The notes beneath the pieces are model-generated. The model had not been told where the DNA came from. It ran no database searches and saw nothing but the letters and a program-made list of their open reading frames with translations. Both the position numbers and the translations under genes were made by a program. A DNA stretch of 61,179 nt, the filler included, from Basidiobolus ranarum (lineage: Eukaryota), in NCBI GenBank assembly GCA_040143965.1. It is 8 parts of 8 records of this genome, joined end to end, with 100 filler letters (N's around TTAATTAATTAA, not from the genome) between each part and the next. Parts side by side here need not be neighbours in the genome. Positions count along the whole stretch, not along the records: positions 38,347 to 45,894 come from JASJQH010007979.1; positions 45,995 to 53,539 come from JASJQH010007980.1; 6 more parts are not named here. One strand, 5' to 3'. Positions 42,604 to 53,639 of the stretch are shown in pieces (the first letter of the stretch is position 1; the number at the start of each line of letters is the position of its first letter).

Positions 42604-44649
42604 TTAATGATCGTCGGATTTCAAGTTATTTACCCAATCCTTCTCACGACGGTTATCATGGGTAATCTCTACTTCCGTCCCACTCTCTTCATCATCTTCG
42701 AGTGATTCAGACTCCTTATAGGCATTGTTGTATGTTGGCCATGAAGAATTGTCAACTCTGATGTAGTTTAAGTTAGCCGCCTTGGGCTTACCTTCAGCTT
42801 GCATCTCAAGGTCTGTATCGCACGTACAACTGCAAAAATTCTGTTTGAGTATATCTCCGTAAATTATAGCAAGCGGAAATATGCCAATGAGAAGTACAAG
42901 CCAGCCGAGTGGCGTATCTAGTAAAGTACACAATAGGCGTCCTACGCCAACTATGAGCACTATGATCCAAGGAATATGGATAAGTACGTGGGATGTTCTT
43001 TCAAACAGCGAGTCTCCTTTTCGCATTTCGCTAACAGAGCGAGCAGAGGTACCCCATTGAGTTACATAGGGAGTAAGCATTGCATATATCTTGGCTGGAA
43101 TGAGAAAAAAGAAATAATAAAATCCATAGATAGAGAACAAGAAGAAGTCCAATCGTGCATACAGCACCCATGGGGTACACAAAAGGGGAATACGAAGACC
43201 TTCTTGGCATAATCTACTATCGGTAACGTGTTCATCAATGTTTTCATCCTTGCGTACCAACTTTAATGTAACGATGAAGGCGTAGAGAGCTCGAATAAAG
43301 CCAACTGCCCAAACAGTGACTAAAAAGACCCCTAATCGGGTAAGACTGTAGGTTCCGTAAAGATACGCTAAAGCGTTGTATGCTAAAATGAATGGATACA
43401 ATGCTTGAATACACATCTCCACACACAGCCATGGAGAATGAAGGATGTAGACTTGAGGAAACCAGAGAACCTCTCTGTAAAACGATTTACCCCATCTAGT
43501 TTGCTGTTTGATCCATCGAACTACGGTGGCCGGTGCATCCGAGTAGCAATATGCATGATGAGTATAGAGGACCTTGAGGTTATTATTGAGAACTAAATTA
43601 GTAAGGTGGCGATCGTCACCAAAGGTAGTTTCGGTATTGGCAAACTTCTGAGTGACCCAGGAACCTAGGATAATTCGAAGTATACGGACATCGTAAAGGC
43701 CGAGTGGGCCACTGACGCACAAAACTCCTTTATTGAATGACTGGCAAGCACGTTCAATATTGAAAGCAAACCAATAGCGCAGAGAGCACATTCGTGCCAA
43801 GAAACTATCTTTTTTGTTCCAAATCTTGACATCACCTGTTACTGCTCCGACATCGTTTTCACATTGAATACACTTGACTAAATGACCAATCGCATCTTCG
43901 TCGACGAGAGTATCAGAATCGGTTGTAAATAAGTAACCATCACAGTGGAAGCCTTCGAGCGCCATTAGAAACCCAGTAAACATGGCAATGCGTTTATGAC
44001 CGTGTGGCTGAAGAAAGCAAATTTGTTCGAAGGACTCAAGATCGTATGCTTTAGATATGTATCGAACATCCTCGCTTGTGGATTTCCAGGCACACTCCTC
44101 GGCCTCCTTAGCAGTATTGCCACCTTCTAGAGCTTTGAGATACATGCGCTTATAAACTGTGGCGATACTCTCTGGGAGAGAAACAATGCATCCTTTCGGA
44201 AACACTCGCATAAACTCTTGAGCCATTTCTTCATCAGCCTTTTCATCGCCATCACAAACTGCAATCACTTTCTTCAGTCCTGAATAACTGGATCTTTGGA
44301 GGCTCTGAAGAGCAGCAGACCATGCGCTAATCTCTTCTCGATAACCGACAACCACGGCAATGACTTCTTTGGTATTCTTGGAATCTAATGGAGTTTTGGC
44401 TATTCTGTTCATCCGAACACGATTAAATGTTGCCAAGGAAGCTTGAACAACAAAGAAGGTGATAATGATGAGACCATATAAACCAAGGGTGATCCAAGAG
44501 GTACTGGCAACATTAACCTCTAAAATTAAACCAACAATTACCGCGGCGACGAAGCAGGGGCCTAATACAACCTTTAAGAAGGCATATAGGTAGAACCAAA
44601 CTCCAGTAGGACGAGGTGGTGGATATGGCTTTACCTCCTTAAACGACAT
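42604..44649 (-). CDS. Hyaluronan synthase-like processive GT2 glycosyltransferase, 681 aa, intronless
   Basis: DGD, HKR, DSDT, SLRYWFAFNIERACQS, CVSGPLGLY, GDDRHLTN, QQTRWGKSFYRE, WGTSAR; two N-terminal and several C-terminal hydrophobic segments. Confidence 0.85.
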   Translation of the reverse strand: MSFKEVKPYPPPRPTGVWFYLYAFLKVVLGPCFVAAVIVGLILEVNVASTSWITLGLYGLIIITFFVVQASLATFNRVRMNRIAKTPLDSKNTKEVIAVVVGYREEISAWSAALQSLQRSSYSGLKKVIAVCDGDEKADEEMAQEFMRVFPKGCIVSLPESIATVYKRMYLKALEGGNTAKEAEECAWKSTSEDVRYISKAYDLESFEQICFLQPHGHKRIAMFTGFLMALEGFHCDGYLFTTDSDTLVDEDAIGHLVKCIQCENDVGAVTGDVKIWNKKDSFLARMCSLRYWFAFNIERACQSFNKGVLCVSGPLGLYDVRILRIILGSWVTQKFANTETTFGDDRHLTNLVLNNNLKVLYTHHAYCYSDAPATVVRWIKQQTRWGKSFYREVLWFPQVYILHSPWLCVEMCIQALYPFILAYNALAYLYGTYSLTRLGVFLVTVWAVGFIRALYAFIVTLKLVRKDENIDEHVTDSRLCQEGLRIPLLCTPWVLYARLDFFLFSIYGFYYFFFLIPAKIYAMLTPYVTQWGTSARSVSEMRKGDSLFERTSHVLIHIPWIIVLIVGVGRLLCTLLDTPLGWLVLLIGIFPLAIIYGDILKQNFCSCTCDTDLEMQAEGKPKAANLNYIRVDNSSWPTYNNAYKESESLEDDEESGTEVEITHDNRREKDWVNNLKSDDH

Positions 44650-45994
44650 AAGTGGAGAGAAAAGTAGATATCACTTAACTAAAAATAAAACTTAAATAGA
44701 CCAGTTAGAGCGTAGTAGAAATTCTATAGACAATGGTTGCTTTTATAAGATTTGCCAATACTAGGTAAATAATGTCAAGTTTGGCATACATATATCCTTC
44801 ATGACAAACGAACGAGACTGTATCATGATTTAGCATCACCCCAGCCTATAGTAGTATGGTAGCAGAAAATCTTCGATGGGAACTGACGTAGTTATTGTAG
44901 TACCAGTATGATATTTCTTTGCTGCAATTGGCTTGGGGAATACACTTGCAGAACACATTGTTGAACTTAATTAGCCTTCTTTTGCTATAGCAATGTTACT
45001 CCCAATCTAGTGATCATCGTTCGATTTCCGTCCCATTTTAATCGAAATTTCGAATTTCAGTCAATATCTTCAACTGGATACAAGGAACCATTTTTTTGCA
45101 AGAAAGACAAAACTGTTATCACTACACTGATATTTACCCCTTTGATATTCGCCTGCCTTTATTTCGTTCTTTCAGTAGAGGGGTGAGTGATTATATTGCT
45201 TAATCTTAGAATGCCAGTAAGCTCGACTACCCGAGAGATGTGATTAACTTTAGTTAAAGGCCGCATACCTCGGCATAGGTCACTTCCAATTCCTCGGCAC
45301 AGTTGATATCCATACATATCAATATCACTCATTCGAGAGTGACGATTTAACCTGAAATTGTGCTAGTACAGGATTACAACCGGGATTGTGCTAGTGATCT
45401 ATGTATATCTAAACTGTGTAACAAACCAAAAATATCGCCACTTTGAATTGGGACAACACCTCCGTATTTACCATGAAGTGGCAACAAATATGCTACGCAA
45501 GTGGAGTCTATCACTAGCATGTGTGACCCAAAGATGTCAGCTCTTAATGATGCCGTATAATTATAGACATCTCTAGCCCGATATATTCAGGCATCCTACT
45601 TTCGTAAGAATGAAGTAAAAAAATGGCCAAGTAATTAGGAATTTTAATAACCATCGGCTCTAACGCTAATTCTGCATTGGGCTCCATTGCTTAGCTCATT
45701 TAGAATTCTTTTTTTAGTATGGTATATGAGGTGACTATTAAGTGTATTTTAATTTACAAGCGATCCCCGAGTCAAATGGACAGTGAATAGAGTGCAAATG
45801 GCTAAGAGGAATGCTCAGTTCTCATATATACATTAGCAAATGTCCTGATCGGAGAGTGAGGCCAATTCCACTTCATATAGTTAGGATTGCTTAANNNNNN
45901 NNNNNNNNNNNNNNNNNNNNNNNNNNNNNNNNNNNNNNTTAATTAATTAANNNNNNNNNNNNNNNNNNNNNNNNNNNNNNNNNNNNNNNNNNNN

Positions 45995-46823
45995 TCCTGA
46001 CTATTACATTGAGAATACTGCTCAAAGTCTGGAAGATACTGAAATCTTCATAAATTATGTACTAGAAAAGAATAACTCTCTAGTCACACCTGTGATTACT
46101 CCTCGTTTTGCCCCATCTTGCACCGCCAAGTTAATGAAAGGACTCGGTAACCTTGCGGCTAAGTATAATCTACCGGTTCAGTCTCACCTTGATGAGAATG
46201 TGGATGAAATTACTCGTGTCAAGAAGATCCACCCCAGTCACTCTGATTATACCTCTGTATATGATGCCTATGGTCTATTGACAAATCGCTCCATTATGGC
46301 ACATGTTGTATATCCTACAGAAGATGAGCGCCAGCTTATCAAAAGACGAGGAGCGGGCGTATCTCACTGTCCAAACTCTAACTTCAATCTTCGTAGTGGC
46401 GTTGCCAAGGTGCGTCAGATGCTAAATGAGGGTCTAAAGCTTAGCCTTGGTACAGATGCATCGGCTGGGTATGCAACTTCCATCTTGAATGCCATTCGTA
46501 CAGGATACTTTGCAGCAATTTCCCGCAGTATTGAACATCCCACCGAGAAATATCTCAAACTAGCAGAGATGTTTTATATCGCTACACTCGGGGGTGCCGA
46601 TGTTCTGGGGATGAAGGATATAATTGGTAACTTCGTAATTGGTAAACAATTTGATGGATTGATCATCGATCCTTTGTCCAACAATTCTCCAATTGACCTA
46701 TTTGACCATGACGATATTACTAGTATTTTTGAAAAGTTTATTAACAACGGAGACGATCGGAATATTGTGCAAGTATATGTGGATGGGAAATTCATTCATG
46801 GGAGTTACATGAACCACAGTTAG
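45995..46823 (+). CDS. GUD1: Guanine deaminase, 3' part
   Basis: ITPRFAPSCT, QSHLDEN, MAH, SHCPNSN, LGTD, ATLGGA, GNFVIGKQFD, GDDRNI. Confidence 0.92.
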
Positions 46824-47561
46824 ACATGTTCACCACAATTAGATAGCCATCCCGAAGTGTCGAGTACTATTTGAAATATATATAACCTATCAATAAAAAA
46901 ATATCTCTTGAACACAGATAACATATTACAAGGCAGTGCTTTATGTCTGTCGCAAGCAATCGGAAATTAATCGTCAATCAGTTTTCATAACATTTTAGGA
47001 ATTTTAGGTAGCTACACCGAGTTTTTTCATTGTACTAACGGTAGGAGAATATCAATTACGGAACCATATTGTCTCTTGTTCCTGAGGTGAGTGTAATTTC
47101 GGGACTTGATTCACTGATAAATTGACTGATTTACTTCATTTCGATTGTGCTATTTTTATAGGGTTAATCAGGGGAAAATCGAGTGGCATTCCTGCTGGAT
47201 TTGGGAGTGTGATAATTTCGAAACATGTACATAACAATGACGTCCCGTTTCCGATGTCTTGTAACTTTTGTCTCCGCTGTCGGTTCTTTTCAAAATTTAT
47301 ACCGAAGATAGGATAATAGTAGGGAATTATCTCCCTAAATTTTAGCAATGATTCGTTCACTGGAGATAAGTGCAATTCTTTAACTATTTCGGTGATTGCG
47401 GGGAGTGTAGGAAAGGTGTGAAAGAAAAACTTGGTGAAGGTTGAGGTTTGCTTATGCACTATATGTGTACAAAATATTGAGTTGATTGAGACAGTTTACT
47501 GTCTCCGAAATTGCCATCGCTTTTTGTCCGATAATCCAATTTCGTAACAACCATATGAATA

Positions 47562-47634
47562 GGCCCTGTAGCTCAGTGGAAAGAGTGTCTCCCTCCGGAG
47601 GAGAAAGTCGTGGGTTCGACCCCCACCCGGGTCG
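47562..47634 (+). tRNA. tRNA-Arg(CCG), intronless
   Basis: A-box TAGCTCAGTGG, anticodon arm TCTCC-CT-CCG-GA-GGAGA, T arm GTGGG-TTCGACC-CCCAC, acceptor stem with one T:C mismatch, followed by a TTTT terminator. Confidence 0.92.
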
Positions 47635-49184
47635 TTTTGTATTTTTTAGTAATTTGGATGCTCTAATCCTGTTGAATCCGAGGATTTTAATTGGTCAATA
47701 GTATTTACCATTTTCACGAGTTTCATCGAAAAGTACCGCCTCTCTTTTCAAACTGAAAATATTTATATATGGTTTTCATATGAGACTTTATACTTGGTAC
47801 GGAATTACTCTACAGCTGAGAATAAAGAATTATAGTCTACCTAACAGAATCAACATAGTATTGATTTGACAAAAATCTAGAAGAGAATAATCTCATTAGA
47901 TAGAAATATGGCAGTTGACACTATATTCAAAAACCTAGAATGGGATTCTTCTCATATTGAAACTGCTTGACAAAAAATATTATCTTGCTTTGTTATAGTG
48001 ATATATAACCACATAGCTGGCTAACTTTACTCATCTTGGAGGAAATAATAAATATGCATAATAAAATAATCCAAAAATACTGGAATCAGCCAAGTACAGA
48101 GATGAAAATGCATATACATATATTAAATTGAGGAACATGTAAGCAATATCGCTCGTCGGCCGATTCCTTTATAGCAATGTCAGTTTCTACAGAACTGTAG
48201 TGCCATGAATCTTGGTATGTATGTACTCAAACTTGTGTAGATAAAGTCGTAGTAATCATAAGTAAGGTAAATGATCAAGCTCAAAACAATTGTAACATGA
48301 GCGAGGAGTTATTTTAGATAACCAAGTGCTGAGTCACTTTCACCATCTATACCCCGGATATTTCAAGCATGCCAAATCCAATATCACAATGTTGACATAA
48401 AACGTGACTATTAAGGTTGATCAGATAGTGCTTTCCGTAAATTGGAGAAAGGAATCTAAAAATTGTGTGGCTCAGTTTTGGACCATCAAATGATTTTTTA
48501 CGATAGACTACGGTAATAAAAAGCCAAGGTTCGGTAAGACCTGGTCTGTTGGAACAAGTCTAATGATTTCAGTTGATGTGCAGTCATTAAGAAATGAACT
48601 CATTGGTCAGTCATCCACTTCACGTCGGTGGATTTCGGGTTATTATGCATGCAATGGTGAGTATTCACCTTCGGATATTCAAATCGCATGACTAATAGGC
48701 GGATGTTGATATATCGGTGTATACTGGTTGGTTGACTGCTTATCACATCGTTTTGGCGTAAAAATACTCCAATTACTGCTATTATTACGTTGGTTAACAA
48801 ATAGAGTGTCTTTAATGACGTTCCGAACGTTATCTTGATTCTATTCTCTACACTACACTACTCCTTGGCAGTGTTGATTTAATACCTAATCAGTTAGTAT
48901 CCTAGCATAGGCCGAAATTGATCAATCAATTTTGAGTAACTTATGATCGCTCAGCTAGTCTTCGGCCAGTACCTAAACTAACCTTTTTAAGAAACGTTAA
49001 TGCATCCCTTGTTTGTTAATGGATGATGTCTGTATATCTACATATCGCTCCGTGAGTCAACCAGTTTATAATTCATACTCTATTATATTGACAGCAATAA
49101 TCACGAGTAATTTATTCCAAATTTAGACTACACGCCTACACGACGAATATGGTTCAAAATAAGCAAGGAACGGAGCTATCATTG

Positions 49185-52161
49185 TCAAATTCCAGCTCTA
49201 ATCAACTCTGCCTTCAGGTGTTTTTGAAAGAATGGAACATATTGATGATTCATTAAAGTGTAGTGAGCGCCTGGTACATCAATGTAATTATTGGGTTTTT
49301 TTGAGAAACCATCCCACTTTTTGAGCATCAAATTTAGCCAGTCTTCTTTCTTTCCGTGTAAAGGTGTAGCGTAGAAGACAGAGACTTGCTCAACATGTCC
49401 ACTGGGTTCATAATTGCGGCCACATAGAAGTAAAGACTCGGCAATGTCCACCCATTTTTCAAGTTGAATAGGATCAATTTGTAGTTCCTTGATTCTCTCT
49501 GGTGAGGCCATGGACCAAACGTAATGGATCTGCTCCGGACGTGTTAAGGTGTGAAGATGAGGGGAAACTCTGGCCGCTTCTTCTTTAGTGATAAGATCCA
49601 AGAAGTAGGATAAATTTAAAAATCCTTCGGTCCAATTTAACTCAAGCATTCTTGGTTTAATATGTGGTGGAATATTCACTAAACCAACCAAGGCAACTCG
49701 TTGATTTTGTGCTTCTAGTCGTTTGGCAATCTCATATGCTACCACTCCACCATAAGAATATCCAGCTACTGCATATGGTCCTTGAGGTTGAGTTTTTCGA
49801 ATAGCAGCCGTGTAGTTATCTGCCATTTCTTCCATGGATTCAAAATAGGTTTGGTTCTCATCAAAACCTCGAGCTCGCAACGCGTAGAATGGTCGTTCAT
49901 TCGCGAAGTATTTGGCCAAGTTTACGAATATAAGGACCTCTCCTACTCCAGGGTGGACAAAGAAGATTGGTACACCTGATCCTGTAACCTGTAATGGAAC
50001 GACTGGATCATAGTTCTGATTAGGTAAACCTCCTTCAGTATTTGATTGAGATGCATCCAAGTGTGAAGCTAGTTCTCGGATAGTTGGATGCTGCATAATT
50101 CTGATGATTGGCCAATTCTATAATATGTAAGGAGTAGTTAATTGGAGAAACATCTTTCTAGCTTAGTAATCATCTGGTTCTTACCTTATCTAGCTTGAAA
50201 TGTTCGATAATCTTTGCTTTGTATCTATTAAGTAACTAGATTAACCCAAATGTCAAATTATGGATCCGAAATTATAGAACTTACTGTACAACCTCTAGTG
50301 AAGAGCCTCCCATACTAAAGAAGTTTTCTTCCGCACACATTTCATCCTTGGCCACTTCGAAAATCTGACACAAGAAAGAAGCCAAGGTAATTTCTGAATC
50401 GGAGATGGGTTTTTTATAGGTCAATACTTTTCTGGCTTGAACAATTTGCTCAACAATTTTCAAGTAATCATTGAATTCCCCTTTTTCATATCGTTGACGT
50501 AACTTCCCTCTTGACAGCTTACCCAAAGAGTTTTTCGTCAAGATACTGCTAGAAAGTGGGGAAATAATGTGTGCGGCTTGTGAGCAAAACAAGATGAGCT
50601 GTTGTTGAATACTGGAATGGGTACGTATAAGAGCCTCTTCATCGGATAAAGAAAAAGTGGGTAGATAGAAAACGGCAATTTTTTCGGTTTGTGAACCTTT
50701 TGGACGGATAGGGCAGACGGCAACGAAGGAAGGGACAATCCCTTCTATGTTTTGTAAAGAAGACTCTAATTCATTACTGTAGTAGTTGACTCCACGGAGA
50801 ATAATGCTATCTTTAGTTCTTCCGACTAATTCTAGCTTGCCGTTAGCCAAGTTAGCAGTATCCCCAGTTCTGAACCAGCCATCCTTGGTGAAAGCCTGTT
50901 CATTCGCATCGGGATTATTGTAGTAGCCTTTGAAAAGTTGAGGACAGGTTATTTCCAGATTGCCGCAAGATCCAGTTGCTAATATCTGATCGTCATCATC
51001 TACGACTCTTAAGCATAATCCATCGGAAGGAGAGCCCAAACTGGCAAACTCCTTTCCAGTATCATTGTATGGATGTTGTTTGTTATAGATGCAACCAGCA
51101 CAAGTCTCAGTCATTCCAAATCCTGGTGTAATAATCCCTTTAAACTCTGTCTTGGCTTCTTCCAATGTGAGTAGGAGCTGCTTTCCCAAATCCACCAAAT
51201 TAGCCTCTCCTCCGGAGTTGATGCGTTTCAACTTGGAAAGATTGTATAGTGGTAATTGGGAGGAAGCTGCCTGTAGCTTATTCCTTAGATTCTTTTCGAT
51301 ATTGGCAAGTAGAAAGTTCGGGGCAAATGTAAAGGCTACTCCGAATGCCTCACTAATCTCCAAGAGGGTCAGTGGTTCCAGCGTAATCACCGATGCTGCT
51401 ACTTGAATTTGGTTTGCTCCAGCTGCAATTGGGGTAATGTGATTTTCAATGAGTCCAGCCACATGATCGCATCCGACCCAGTTCATTAAAGTGTGGGTAG
51501 ATTTAAGGTGGTAATCATCGACTTTAAATTTGATGGCAGCAAGCACATTTGCATGTGTAAGCTCAACTGCTTTTGAGTTACCTGTAGATCCAGAGGTAAG
51601 CAGCAGAACCGCTACATCATCCTGAGTATCCTTGTTATTGAAATCGAGAGACAGTGAGGGTTCAGGTTCACTCGAGTTAGTATTTGCCTCAACATCTTTT
51701 GGTATATTCAAATCGTCAATGAGTTGAACATTGAGATAAGGCACTAATGAAAGAAGTTCACCGTGATCCTTTTGACGGCAAAGAAATATCGGGCTGTTGA
51801 ATAAAGTGTTGAGATGAGTAAGTTCCATCTCTTTTTTCTCGTCATCTCCTTTTAAAGTGCCAAGAATACATGGTATAAATCCTGCCATGAGAGATCCCCA
51901 AAATAGTTCTACTGTATCCTGATGATTATCAAAATACAGTACAACTATTTGATGAGTATGAGTATTTGTGAGCGAACGAAGCTCTTCGCCGATGGCACAG
52001 GTCTTGGTTAAGAGTTTGGAGTAGCTACAGAAAGTTGGATTGGCAATATCAGATGTGGTATTGATATAACGCAGTCCTTGGTTGGGATGATTCCTAGCGG
52101 CGTTGATGAGAACTTCAAGTAAATTCTTGAAGTCGTTGTTGTTGTGGGCTGATTGAGACAT
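49185..52161 (-). CDS. Single-module NRPS-like enzyme A-T-TE (~949 aa; exons 52161-50285, 50224-50185, 50117-49185)
   Basis: A: LLTSGSTGNSKAV, NWVGCDHVA, GFGMTETCAG, GWFRTGD, GRTKD. T: FFSMGGSSLEV. TE: VHPGVGEVLIF, GYSYGG, GAHYTL. Two GT..AG introns splice in frame (2850 nt total). Confidence 0.92.
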
Positions 52162-52725
52162 GTCAGATAACTAATGTGGTAGATGGGTTATTTGACTTAC
52201 AACAGTGAGGTATTTATAACCTTTGCGTACCCTTTGCATGATGGTACTTTTTACTAGCGTTTAACTCGTTCACCGGAATAGTTGATGGCCGTCCAGTCAT
52301 ACTGATAGATTTATTTCACAACTACCAATGAAGGCGCGATACTGTATAGTTTCCATTCTTCATTACTCGATAGTTGTTTGAGTGGAAAAGAAAGTATGAA
52401 GGATAAAAGTGGTAATCAAAGGAAGCAGTTGATTGACAATCACTTAATATGCCCATAAATATGGTCACCATAAGTATTCAGTTAACCGACTAAATAAGTG
52501 GTCAAATGTGATGAGCGCCTTACTTTTCAGCAAATATTCAGAAATTATTTTGCATGCATAGATCCTAGTCATTATCTTGATAACAGTATCTATTTCGGCT
52601 AAGCCATTCAATGAAACTAAAGCTAATACTAATATAAATACTAATAATAAACAACTACAAATACAAAATCATAGTACTTGGAAAAAAGTCGATAGTATGG
52701 CAACAATTAAGATTATTTCTGATCG

Positions 52726-52818
52726 CATTGAATTGACCAAACTTGTATAGTAACATTGAATTGATCAAACTTGTATAGTAACATTGAATTGATCAAACTT
52801 GTATAGTAACATTGAATT
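52726..52818. repeat. Tandem repeat, 28-bp unit x3.3 (CATTGAATTGAYCAAACTTGTATAGTAA)
   Basis: Directly visible head-to-tail copies with no spacers. Confidence 0.95.
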
Positions 52819-53639
52819 TACAACTTACAAAATGGGTTCTGATTGATTCGTTTTCCCCATGACTCTGATTTGTGCTAAAAGTAAAATAATCATCCTAGTC
52901 GTGTATTATGCAAATCATATGCACATCCCTCTGACTTGACACCTCCGGATAAATGCACTGAATTTAATTCGGGATAGAAATCTTGTCTACTCTGCTAACC
53001 CTAACCCACCAAGCTCAACCACTGATAACTGAATACATGACTGCCTATTTCCTTTTCCGGTGATGAAGATCTTCATTCCTCCTATTTTTAATACAATTAT
53101 CTTTACAATGAGCCCTAAACTAGTAGTAAATGGGATCTCATCTTTGAGTAATGCACGGTTTCCATATCAGTTAATACCAATATTAAATCATTATTCTATT
53201 AATCTATTTGACTGAAATACCATAGTTGTTAGATTTGCACATTCCTAGTAACACCGTTACATAATAATTATGCGTGGCATGGCTACTGACCTTTACTCTA
53301 CTATTTCCATTACCCTAATTCCTAATTGCTAGGACTCATAAGTAGACTCAGGCAATATCTTAGTAAAAGCAGTTACAGTGTGAACACATAATACACTAGC
53401 CCTGTCATGATTCTGATCTTGGCATACTGATCCACTACAAATAGAACTCCTCTATTATTAGATTATGACATCATATCTGCTGTGCCATCTCTTCTTGGCA
53501 ATCTTGTGTTAGTTTGTCCAGATTTCCTTATATGGAAGTNNNNNNNNNNNNNNNNNNNNNNNNNNNNNNNNNNNNNNNNNNNNTTAATTAATTAANNNNN
53601 NNNNNNNNNNNNNNNNNNNNNNNNNNNNNNNNNNNNNNN

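Noticed and set aside
42604-52161. Putative cluster of HAS-like GT2, guanine deaminase and NRPS-like genes
   Set aside because: The linker at 45895-45994 separates the GT2 from the others, and guanine deaminase is a housekeeping enzyme with no evident link to the NRPS-like gene.
52726-52818. CRISPR-like 28-bp repeats
   Set aside because: No spacers, no cas genes, and a eukaryotic context.
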